From the NCBI RefSeq assembly GCF_963921235.1, contig NC_086097.1:154320001-154384000 (forward strand): a stretch of 64,000 bases of DNA, given 5' to 3'. The notes under the pieces are model-generated. The model had not been told where the DNA came from and made no database searches. It saw only the letters and a program-made list of their open reading frames with translations. This DNA comes from Mobula hypostoma. Taxonomy: Eukaryota. A program made the position numbers and the translations under genes. This document shows, piece by piece, positions 36,816 to 48,589 of the stretch; positions within the stretch are counted from its first letter, which is position 1; every line of letters begins with the position of its first letter.

Positions 36816-37749
36816 TGTGAGTGCAGCAAGATTAATGGGCTTAGCTCCAACAAGGAACCCTGGAAGCCAGGAAGAAGGTTACAGTTGCAGAATAAGGACA
36901 GATCTGGTACAAGTGCTGAGCAGTAGCAGATCCTGGTGAAAAACATTATACCACAGGTGTGACTAGGGCTAAAATTACAGAACATGGCTTAGATTGTGTC
37001 CTCTCCCAAATGTGGGGGAATCTTTGGATGATGGTAGAGCCACATATGACAATTCTGATAGCATGTTACCTTGGGGTGCTTACAGGAAGCCTCCTGGGAG
37101 CCTGTTTTCCATGTTGACAACCCATTTAACACACTTGTTAACCTATTTGGGTAATGAAAACTATGACGTGAATATTAGGGTCAATTTGATAGTCCTGTGA
37201 GCCAATAAACACTGCCAGGTTAAACGATATACCAGCTCTTCATTATATAACCTAGGCTAGCATATCAGTTTAGTACTGAGAGAATACAACATTGTGTGAG
37301 GTAGCACATTTCAAAGAGTTATTGTATTTATGTCTCATCAATCTGTTCAAGTGGAATATTATTCAAAGCAAAACTCAGCTGGAATTTCCCAACCTAAATC
37401 AGCAAAAAGTAGTTAACAATTTACCTGTATTTCTATGTGTGTGATCTTTTAATCACTAATAATCAACAAATTGCTACATTTGCCTTCAGAAATATAGCAA
37501 ACGCACGAGAACATCAAACCCATTCAACAGGATCACGGCCATTCTACTCTGGACTCAATTCTCTTCTTTGTCAGTTCCACATATACTTCAATTCTAGATC
37601 TTTGAAATATTTATCTATCTTCATCTTAAATGTCAAAAAATTTGCCCCGACATTAGAAATTTCATGAATTCAAATACATTATCAGAGTCAAAATTGAAGA
37701 AACCTAGACTTGGTTTTCAAAATACCATGTGAATACAAACACCTGTATT

Positions 37750-38275
37750 GTTATTGTGAGCAGTTTTGGATCCCTTATCTTAGAAAGGATGTGCTGAAAC
37801 TGGAGAGGGTTCAAAGGAGCTTCACAAAAATTCCAGAATTGAAAGGCCTGTCACATGAAGAGCATTTGATAGCTCTGAGCCTGTATTCATAAGAATTCAG
37901 AAGAATGAGGGGTGACCTCATTGAAATTTATCGAATGGTGAAAGGCCTTGATAGAGTGGATGTGGAGAGAATGTTTCCTATGTTGGGAGTGTCTAAGACA
38001 GAAGGACACGGCCTTAGAATAGAAGAGCATACTTTTAGAACAGAGATGAAGAGGAATTTTTTTCCACCACAGAGAAATTGTGGAATTCGTTGCCACAGGC
38101 AACTGTGCTGACAAATCTTTATATGTATTTAAGACAAAGGTTCATATATTCTTGATTGGTTAGGGCATGATACCGGTGGGGGGGGGGGTTGTGGGGGAGG
38201 CAGGAGGTTGGCTGATGAAATGGTGAATCAGGCTCGATGGGCCAAATGGCCTAATTCTGCAATACTTCATGGCCT
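37750..38275 (+). mobile_element. CR1 3' fragment
   Basis: ORFs 37710-37892 and 37905-38111 (MRGDLIEIYR...GHGLRI). Confidence 0.88.
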
Positions 38276-40218
38276 TAATAATTAACAATATTTATTTGAA
38301 CATATATTTTGATTGAATGTTCAAAGCCTAAGAGGCAAAAAATCAAAGGTATGAAGAGAAGGCAAGTACTACAGCTGTTCCACAGATAGTGTTGTAGATG
38401 TTCTTTGAAATAATGAGCATAAATCAGATACTTGAGCATTTAGGTATACCTGTGTACAAAGAGGTTGACAAATTCAGTAAATGGGTTATATTAGTGTTAG
38501 CTTATAATGGAGAGGCAATGTCATTGCTATATTTCCCAAATCTGAAGAGAAGCATATGGTACAATAAGAATAACATTTTAGTTTAATCAGTGTCAACAGC
38601 CTTCAGCATCACTGTGCAAACTTTGCCTGCCAACCTTTATATGTCCACGTTCTGACAGAGAATCTGCTGAGAATTCCAAAAGGTTAACATGCCAACTATG
38701 GGTAAATAAAAGACAACCGATACTTCAAACTCATCCGCTTTAAGTCAGCATGCATTATAGAGCAACAGAATATGATTTAACAAGACTGTGGTGGTTGTGC
38801 TCCTGTGATGTCCTGTCAAAGTAATCTGTACGGTAATGTAAAAAAACCCAAAAAAAACAAACAAAAATTCATCCTTATTATTATTATCATTCATTTCCCA
38901 GTAGTCATAATCAGGATCTATGATCCCACATTACATAAACAAAATTTTGACGAAAGCAATTGTCAGGGAAGTGATGAACAACAAAACACTTCATTTATTT
39001 CACAATACACTTGACCCTTCAATCTCCATTCGTAAAATTTATTATCTCCACAACCTCAACAAGTAGCAGAATTAATTGCCATCTGCCTTCACCATTCTTC
39101 TCTGACTCCCTGCACACAATATTCCCCATACACTGTTCCTTTCCTAATCCTGATCCCAAAGATGGGAGATTTGGTACAATTTATTTTTCTTTAACATTGG
39201 TTTTTGAGCAATGGGGATAGATGCATACAACATGCATTTTCAATAAGCTAACAAGAAAAAAAGTCATGCTACCTTAACTAGTTTAGTCCGTCTAATTTAC
39301 TGCAAACATTAATGTCTGTACAGCACGCAACAACCACATCTCGTATATCCCAACACAATCTCTCATTAAACCCACCTCACCATGTTCCTTGAAATGGTTA
39401 CGCTCTAAACAAACTGTTTGCCGTATTACACTCTAGTATAAAAATAGAACTGACAAAAAGGCACATTTAAACATCACATAATTATCGTTGCATACTTCTA
39501 TGCACAAGTAAACATCCACAGAATAGCAATTAATGTGATTAGAGACAGTTTAAAATTGAACTTCCACCTCTTTATTTGCTATGATCAAAGCGGCATGGTA
39601 AATGCTTGATCTTAAAAAGGCCATTCATTTGAAAACAAAGTCAGCTCAAAGCAAATTGAATTTTGTTCCGAACATTGCTCACCATTTATTTTAGTCAGTA
39701 AAACAATTTATCAACTTGTTGCTGAGGCAGCTGAATTACCAAAGCACATTTCAGTGTACCTTATATCATTCTGCACATTTATTTTGAAGGATATAACAGA
39801 TAAGTATCAATGAAGCTTTTCCCAAATTTGAATTGTTGGTTCTTACATTATATAACCATGTGTCACTTTTCTGCTTCACTTCGTGCAGCCTCTTCTATCT
39901 CCCTGCAGCTGTTCCGATGAAGACACCCAGCTGAAACATTAATCTGTATTTTACATTTTGGGTAGTGATAAACCTGTTTCCTATAAGCTTCCATATCAAT
40001 TCTGTTTGTGTTTAACTTTTCCAATATTCACAACCTTCTATTGCAACAAGAATTTAAAGTAAACAGTGTTTCCTATTTTTCAAATTATTTCCTTTTCAAA
40101 ATAGGACTGGTTTTTCTGTAACTATTCAGAAATGTAATAAATTAAATTACAGTCAATTGAGATATTGGTTAATTATTTCAAACACATCTTAAAGACAAAA
40201 CCTATTCAAGAACATAGC

Positions 40219-40961
40219 CTGGAATTCCTTTGTTCATTTGGGACACAATGTCACTTAATTGGGACAAGAGACTATGACTGAACTCTTTCTACCAAGCATC
40301 AGTTGCAAGATCTATTGTGACCATTAGACAATACACTATGCTCAGAGCAAACTGCTCTAAAATAGCATCAGTCGTATGTACATGATCAAAAAGCAGTGAC
40401 TTTCATCACTCATATTTGGTGAGAAATACGCAGTAAGGCTATTTAGAACTGTTTGGTTACTGTGGCTTCAAGCATTCAGGTTTGGAGATGCCAGAACCAG
40501 CCAGGTGAAAAAATGAAATGACTCCACTATGAGAGTAAGCTAGGAACTATGAAGAATTTGAAGGAATCAACAATCATCTTGAACGTTACAATGAAAATGA
40601 TGAGTTGGAGAATGCAATCTTTAAAAGTATTGTGTGAAGGCAGTTCATTATCTGTACTAGGTGTCTGGGCTGATTTTGTTGACTTACAGTCAACTAAAAG
40701 AACACGGCAGTGTACACTGGATGAATTCCTCCATCGATAACTATCATGAACTAACACGCAGTTTTATAGAAATACAGAATAATGTTTGTTCTGTATTTCA
40801 ATAAATACATAATTTGTTGCTCAGATAAGCAGCAGTTTGTCTTTTTTTATACCTTTTAAACTATTTCCATGAAAGTTCAGCTAATTGGGGCAGCCACTTA
40901 ATTGGGACAAAATGTACTGGTCTCAATGTGTCATGTGTCCCAATTAACTGGAATCCACTGC
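40219..40961 (+). mobile_element. Tigger/pogo-like non-autonomous DNA transposon
   Basis: Repeated TTAATTGGGACA subterminal motifs, right end GTCCCAATTAACTGGAATCCACTG, degraded left end, C-terminal RQCTLDEF motif. Confidence 0.55.
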
Positions 40962-41716
40962 ATTTACTTTTAAAAAATGCAGTAAGAAATTACTTGCTTA
41001 AATATACTGCAAAAGTCTGAGGCATATATATGCTAGGGTGCCTAAGACTTTTAAACTCTCCTCTGATTCACAAGCTGTAGATCATGTGATAATCACCTCT
41101 TTTTTCAAAAATAAAGACAGAAGTGCCAGTTCTGACCCAAATAAGAATGGCTGGTTCACAATTTTTGATTGCTCTATTCAGCTGAGTGCCTACAGGTGAA
41201 TTCTGGCCCTCAGATTCTGCTTCACCAGTTGGATATTTCCAGCGGTTTCAAATTTTCAGAATCTCATGTATTGTTATCCAGTAATTTCAAATAATAATTC
41301 AGAATTTGGATAACAATTCTGTGTTGATAATACAGAATATATGAATCTGTTTCACCTTGAGTGCTAGAATGATCTTTTGCATTATTCCTTATCCCATTCC
41401 ATGTCCCTCTTTCACCTTGCATTATCATTCCTTTCTCCATTTCATCTCTCCTGCTTTACAGCACACCACCATCTCTTCCAATATCTCCTCTCCTTTCACT
41501 TTTCTCTACATTTTAATGACTGTTCACCTTTCCAGATCTGATGAAATGTCCTTGTTTGGAAATTTAACATCATTTCTGACTTCACACGTGGTGCTTGTCC
41601 TGCTTAGTATCTCCAGCGTGTTATAGTTTGGTTATTGTAATAGATTACAACATTGTTTCTGACTACACACGTGTTACTAGCTCTGCTTAGTATCTCCAAT
41701 GTGTTATAGTTTGGTT

Positions 41717-42025
41717 GTGGGCACGTGGCCAAATGGTTAAGGCATTGAACTAGCGACCTGAAGGTCGTGAGTTCAAGCCCCAGCCGAGGGAACGTGTTGT
41801 GTCTTTGAGCAAGGTTCTTAATCACACATTACTCTGCGACGACACTGGTGCCAAGCTGTATGGGTCCCAATGCCCTTCACTTGGACAACATTGGTAGCGT
41901 GCAGAGGGGAGACTTGCAGCATGGGCAACTGCTGGTCTTCCATACAACCTTGCCCAGGCCTGCACCCTGGAGAGTGAAGACTTTCCAGGCGCAGATCCAT
42001 GGTCTCGCAAGACTAACGGATGCTT
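41717..42025 (+). mobile_element. tRNA-derived SINE, complete
   Basis: A box GTGGCCAAATGG, B box GAGTTCAAGCC, 13-bp duplication TTATAGTTTGGTT (41704-41716, 42026-42038); second copy at 60311-60620. Confidence 0.92.
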
Positions 42026-42539
42026 TTATAGTTTGGTTATTATAATAGACGTTGCATGTTTATTATAATAACCAAATTTTCCAATATTTGTAATGGTTTT
42101 CTCAGTCTTACAGTGCAGAAACAGGTCCTTTGAGTTTGTGCCAACTACCAAATGCCTATCTACATTACCTCAATGCTAATCTCATTTCAAGTTCCTCTCA
42201 ACAACCACATGATCTGTCCCCCATTCTCCCCTCCATACTAGCAACAATTTACAGTGGCCAGACAACCTAACACCCTACTGAACATTTCTTATTGAACAGA
42301 GAGAGGAAAATAGGGCACCCAGAGAAAACACGTGGCCATAGTGTGAGCATGCAAACTCCACACACTAATACCACCAGAGGGTTGGACTGAAACCCAATCA
42401 CCAGAACTGTGAGGCAATGGCTTTCTGAAAGGTCCAGTATTCTTTTTGTTTTTGCACCACCTGTTTATTTTGCAATTTATAGTGATGTTTATGCCACTCC
42501 TTACATTAAATACAATGTTCCATAGCCACCAGGGAAATA

Positions 42540-42606
42540 CAGTACTGTGAAAAAGTTTTCAGCATCCCAGCTATATATATGTGCCTATGACTTTTGCACA
42601 GTACTG
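42540..42606. mobile_element. 67-bp Tc1/mariner-type MITE (degraded sibling near 41000-41052)
   Basis: TIRs CAGTACTGTGAAAAAGT / ACTTTTGCACAGTACTG with TA on both sides. Confidence 0.8.
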
Positions 42607-44152
42607 TAAAAGTTTCTTGTCCACACAAAAATGATCATGTCATATTGTCAACTGAAAATTAAAATATGAAAAATTAAGATTAGTGAGAACAAGAATAGAG
42701 TTGGAATGTTCCTGAAGAAATCCATGTAGAACACGATAGCTAGCTAATTAAGACAAGAGTTTCAACAGAAAACTGTCTGAAGCTGTGAACCGTTAGCTTG
42801 AGAAGTTTATGTTCTGTGTTTCCTGGTTTATCTAATGCAGTGGCTGGGCAGAGAAATGGAAATGGAGGCAAAAATTCCATGAGAAGTGTGGGAACTGAGT
42901 TCATCAGATTCTACCTTGAGTAATATGACATCCTGTCCTACACAATCTTCAGTATTTTTAGAACTTTACACCATACATTTCCTTTACCAAAATAAACCTT
43001 GTATAAAGCATTACTCCATTTTTATTAGCCTATATCAGTTCACCCTTCAGATTTGTTCTCTTTTGTTTTTTAATTGAGTTGCATTAGACAAAGGTCCCAG
43101 ACTAACAACTTAGAAATCTGAGTTCAAATCCAATCAGAACAGTTATTGGACTTAAGATCAGTATTTGCAATAACAACTAGCCTAAGTAACAATGATGATG
43201 TAAAAATCCATTGGATTCACTAATGAAAGGAGAAAATTTGCCATCCTTACCTGGTCTGACCAGAATGTGACTCCAGGAATGCAAAGATTCCAAAAAATGA
43301 ATTTTTACAAAGGGGTATCAAAAAATCATGTCTGCTAATAGCAGCATCCAAAACTTTGCTCTCTGCTTGCAAAAGTTGAACACATGGCATGGCATGTCAA
43401 CCTCAGCAACTTCAAATCCTTATCTTGATACGCTGTAGCTTGTGGAATTCATACATACAGCTGATTCCTTCCATAAACCTACTTTGCACCTCAGGAAATC
43501 CAACATTAATATCTTAAACAGTCTTCAGAATCCTTAGTAAGTTTCACAATAATTACAGTGAGTCACACTGTGTCAGAACAGATTTGCAAATCAACCTCCT
43601 ACGGATGATTTCCAGAGAAATATCCAGCAGATTATGACAAAGTCCATAGTGTCCTACGGGAACTACAGAAGCTTAATGATTTCCAATGTGTTGTTATTCA
43701 CATTAAGCATGAACTTTCCATGCTATTTTCTACATACCCTCAGGGCTAAATATTCATCTTCAATTGCTTAGAATGCAGACAGCACGAGATGCAAGGGGTT
43801 ACCATTGCTCACCAGAGACAGGATTGAATGAAGTAAGTAAAAGTCCAAGAAATTTTCAAAAAACAAACAACATAAAACCATGTGAAAGATCACGGCAAAA
43901 GACAAACTCATGGAGTTGCAAATAAAAAAAAGCATAGAGAGTGAGTGGGCCACCAAACTAATATCAGAGAGGAGGGAAAACTGGGGCTTTTCAGAATGGC
44001 AAACTGCACCAATGGCATCTGTGTGAAGGTCTCATCTATTCTCAAGCTATCTTCAATATTCAAACAAGCTATCAAATAAATTATAGCCAAAATTCTTAGA
44101 AAGCTAAACAAGGATTTTGAAGAGGGAAGATTGAGAAAGTAGGCATAACTTT

Positions 44153-44960
44153 ACATAAGAACATAAGAAATAGGAGCAGGAGTAGGCCATCCGGCCCATC
44201 GAGCCTGCCCCACCATTCAATAAGATCATGGCTGATCTGTTCGTAAACTCAGCTCCATCTGCTTGCCTTTTCCCCATAGCTCTTAATTCCCTTACTATGT
44301 AAAAACCTATCTAACTGTTTCTTAAATATATTTAGTGAGGAAGCCTCAACTGCTTCCCTGGGCAGAGAATTCCACAGACTCACCACTCTCTGGGAAAAAC
44401 AGTTTCTCCTCATCTCCATCCTAAATCTTCTCCCCTGAATCTTGAGGCAATGTCCCCTAGTTCTAGTCTCACCTACCAATGGAAACAACTTTTCCTACTT
44501 CTATCTTATCTATCCCTTTCAAAATTTTGTATGTTTCTATAAGATCCCCTCTCATTCTTCTGAACTCCAGAGAGTATAGTCCCAGGCGACTCAATCTCTC
44601 CTCACAGGTTAACCCCTTCATTCCTGGAATCAACCTGGTGAACCTCCTCTACACGGCCCCCAAAGCCAGTATATCTTTCCTCAAGTATGGAGACCAGATC
44701 TGCACACAGTACTCCAGATGTGGCCTCACCAGTACCCTGTATAGTTGCAGCATGACCTCCCTACCCTTGAATTCAATCCCTCTAGCAATGAAGGCCAACA
44801 TTCCATTTGGCTTCTTAATAACCTGTTGTATCTGCAAGCCAAGCACTCCCAAGTCCCTCTGCACAACAGCATGCTGCAATCTTTCACCATTTAAATAATA
44901 ATCTGTTCTTCTATTATTCCTTCCAAAGTGGATGATCTCGCGTTTACCAACGTTGTATAC
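44153..44960 (-). mobile_element. CR1 3' end, well preserved
   Basis: ORFs 44649-44879 and 44249-44488; (ACATAAGA)n tail. Confidence 0.93.
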
Positions 44961-45084
44961 TCTTTAACATATAGAGTATAATTTAGGGAAATATAAAGTT
45001 ATCTACTTTGGCAAGGAGCACAGCAAAGTGGAATATGACTGAAAAGAGAAACCACCACAGAATGTCTGGGAAGATACTTAAACT

Positions 45085-45947
45085 GCTTAGTATTGAGGCC
45101 AAAATGTTCCACTTCAGTCTCATCCAACCACAAGACCTTCTTCCACATTTACAGTATCTTCTAAGTGACACTTTGCAAAGTCTTTACAGGCAAAGATATG
45201 CTTTTTTTTAGCGGTATGTGTAGTGTGAATCTAATACTGTGCATCAGCCAGGTAACACTATCCCTACTGTAAAGTATGGTGGAGATAGCATCATGCTATT
45301 AGGATGCTTTTCCACAGCAGTGACAGAAAATCTGGTGTGGATTGATGGGAAGATGAATAAAGATAGATCCTGGATAAAACCCGCTAGCCTCTGCCAGAAA
45401 GCTTAAACAGGAAAGGAAGTTTGTCTTTCAGCAGGACAATGACTCAAAGCACACTACCGGAGCGATCATGGAGTGGCTTCAAATGAAGAAAATTGATGTC
45501 CTTGAGTGGCCCTGTGAGTGTCCTGATCTTAACCTAATCGAACATCACTACAAGAGCTCAAGGTTGTTGCCCACCACTGGTCCCCTACTAACTTGGCACA
45601 GCTTAAACAATTTTGTAAGGAGGAATGGGTAAATCTTCGTCCATCATGTTGAACAACTCTAATGGAGACTTACCCAAAAAGACTACTGGCTGTAATAGCT
45701 GTGAGAAGTGGTTCATCCAAGTACTGAGCAAAAGGGGATGAATATTTTTGCACTGCTGACATCTCAGTTTTCAAATTTTTAGTTTTTCATGCTTTACAAT
45801 TTTCCCTGTTTTGGGTTCGACTGTGTAATAAAGCAGCACATTATTCACAGATGAAGATTCTCAGTTACAGTGATCAAAATCTATGGTTGTTTAAGTCATG
45901 TATGTGAACAAAGGGTTGGGGTCTGAGTACTTTTTTAACGCACTGTA
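45085..45947 (+). mobile_element. Tc1-type transposon remnant (DDE region + right end)
   Basis: [29 protein letters not shown]...PDLNLIE, right end ...GCACTG/TA; WKKVLWLDET segment on the opposite strand. Confidence 0.88.
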
Positions 45948-46559
45948 GCCCTGTTCTTTTTATCTTCTGCTAACATAAGGTTGAGGGGGTTTGATCAGGG
46001 GCCGGGGAAGATGATCACAGATGAGACAGTTGGTCGGCTGGGGAGGTGAGCAGTTGTCAGAGAAAAATTAAAATACAGAGATGGTTTGGTTGAAGAGAAG
46101 ATAATAAGGAGGCCAAGGTCAGGGAGGAGGTCAGAAGAGTTAAGCACAATTTGGGCCAGGGTTTCACATCGCAGCTTTTCACCAAATTTGAAAATGATAA
46201 TCAGGTTACAAGATGCAATTTAAAGAGAAAGGGGATGAAAGAATAAACAAACAGAGATAAGATGAAAAAATATGATAGTTTAAGGCAAAAGATTGTGGCA
46301 ATGTTTCAAGTAAAAATGCAGGAGGAACAGAACATTTAGAACGGCGAGGAGCCAAATCATTATACAACATTATAAAATGGAAAGGTCGTGGATGCTGGAA
46401 ACTTGAAAGAACAATTGCTGGGATAATTCATTACCTTAAATCCTTAACTGTAGGGCATCCAGTAGAGAAAAATGTGGAAATACTCATCAAAGTTGCATGG
46501 AGCTTAAATAAAACAGTGCAGAATGCCAAGTGCAAAATACTCAGACTACTAGTGAAATA

Positions 46560-47150
46560 GAGGATTAAATGCTGGAGGAACTCAGCAAGTCAGGCAGCAT
46601 CTATAAGCAGTTGATGTTTTGGGCCGAGATCTTTCTTCAGTACTAAAAAGGAAGGTGGCAGAAACCAGAATAAAAAGGTGGGGGAGGAGAGAAGTACAAG
46701 CTGGAAGGGGATATCTGGTAGAGATAAAGGGCTGAAGAAGAAGGAATCTATTAATAAAGGATTGTGGACCATGAAAGAGGAGGGAAACCGGAGGGAGGTG
46801 AAGGGTAGGTGAGAAGAAGAGAAGGGGTGAGCTGGTAACCAGAATAGGGAACATAAAATAGAGAAGGAGGGACCAGGGAAAAATTACCAGAAGTTAGAGA
46901 AATTGACATTCATGCTATCAGGTTGGAGGCTACCCAGGTAGAGGTGTTTCTCCTCCAACCTGAGCTCAGCTTCATCATGGCAGTAGAGGAGGCCAGGGAC
47001 AACATGTCACAATGGGAATGGTAAATCAAATTAAAATGGGTAGCCACTGGGAGATCCTGCCTTTTGAAGAAGACAAAGCAAAGATGCTCAGTAAAGCAGT
47101 CCCCCAATCTGTGTTGGGTCTCACCAATGTGCCAGGATCTCCAACGGCTG
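46560..47150 (-). mobile_element. Penelope-like element: GIY-YIG endonuclease remnant plus terminal repeat
   Basis: ORF 46910-47179 (HIGETQHRLGDCFTEH...LPVATHFN) followed by a pyrimidine-rich tract and the terminal repeat. Confidence 0.85.
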
Positions 47151-48589
47151 CCCATTTCAATTTGATTTACCTTTTTCATTCTGAACTAGATAAGAAAAGG
47201 AAACGATCGTATTGAGGAGAAAATAGAGGGAAATCCTCTCCAATCCCCTCAGGTGATCAAAACTGATAATTTTACGGGGGCATAGCTCTTTTATGAATTA
47301 TTCTTTGTGGACACAAATCAAGAGTTTTAAAAATAAGCAAAAATAGAATTGATCAGGAAATGATACTAAAATGACAAAACAGGCAGATGGTTCAAGACGA
47401 AGGCAGAAAGACATAAGAGGAAGACAGAGGTAAACCATTCCATGCCATTTTAGGAAAAAAAAACATAATAAGCAGAATACTACAAAATTAACAAACAAGA
47501 TGGGACAGCTTGTTTCATCAGTGGAAATTATCCTGTAGTCAAGGAATTTAATATCCCCAGTGAGCAAACACAGCAGTATTATGTTATTTAAAGGCCAGCA
47601 CTGATTCTGTATGATCAATCACAACGTTCAAATTGAGGTTTTCCTTTATGTGAAGTTACTGAACCAATGTCATAACACAGTAACAAAAATACTTAAGCCT
47701 ATAATCCAGATTGTCAGATCAGCAAGACACTAACAGAATGGTGCACTATTATTGGTATCATATTCGGGAAGAGCTGATCTTTCAGCAGAGCATAAAAGAA
47801 TGGGCTTACTTTCCATGATAGGGCTGGGGTGAGGGGGTGTGTCGATTCTGGTCAATATTCATCCCTTGTCTATCATCACTTAAACAGCTTCACTGGTTGA
47901 TATTACAATTCTATTTGTGGGACATTGTCATGTTCTAACCAATTACTAGATTTTATGCATTACAAAATGCACTCCTGGGGATAAGCTGTATCGCATTTTT
48001 CTATGTTTAGAGGTTAGAAAACATGTTATATAAATGTAGGTCTGCTGTCATATCCATTTCCCACTATCCTGGGTTTCATCAACATTGCAATCACCTCAGC
48101 ATCTCCCTTTCAACCATCGAGCATTATCTCCACACTCCCACAGCAGTGTGACTCAGCTACTCCAGTTCAAGTTAAAGTTTAATTGTCATTCAACTTTATC
48201 CATTTATACAGCTAAATGAAACAGCATACCTCTGGGACCAAGGTGAAAAATACAGCGTATATCGCCACGGACAACACACAGCACAGAGTTACCGTAGTAC
48301 ATACGGTCACAAAAATAATATTAGCATAAGTTCCTGAGTAGTATGACCTGTAGTTTGAAGTTTGAAGATCCTGCCTGTGTGCTCTGTATAACTCACCTAA
48401 AAATAATTCATGTGCCAAATTCTGGGAAAACAAGAAAAATATCACATCCAAAATGTGCACATAACATAATTTATCAGATATTTCACTCATTACATCTAGT
48501 TATCAAATATATGCATTTCTGGGCTTATCTGAATTGGATGGCCGAGTAGGCTGCAAAGTACTTGCATTATCTTTTGGCATTATTTAAAA

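Noticed and set aside
41717..41790. tRNA genes here and at 60311 and 57210
   Set aside because: tRNA-like heads continue into SINE bodies with target duplications.
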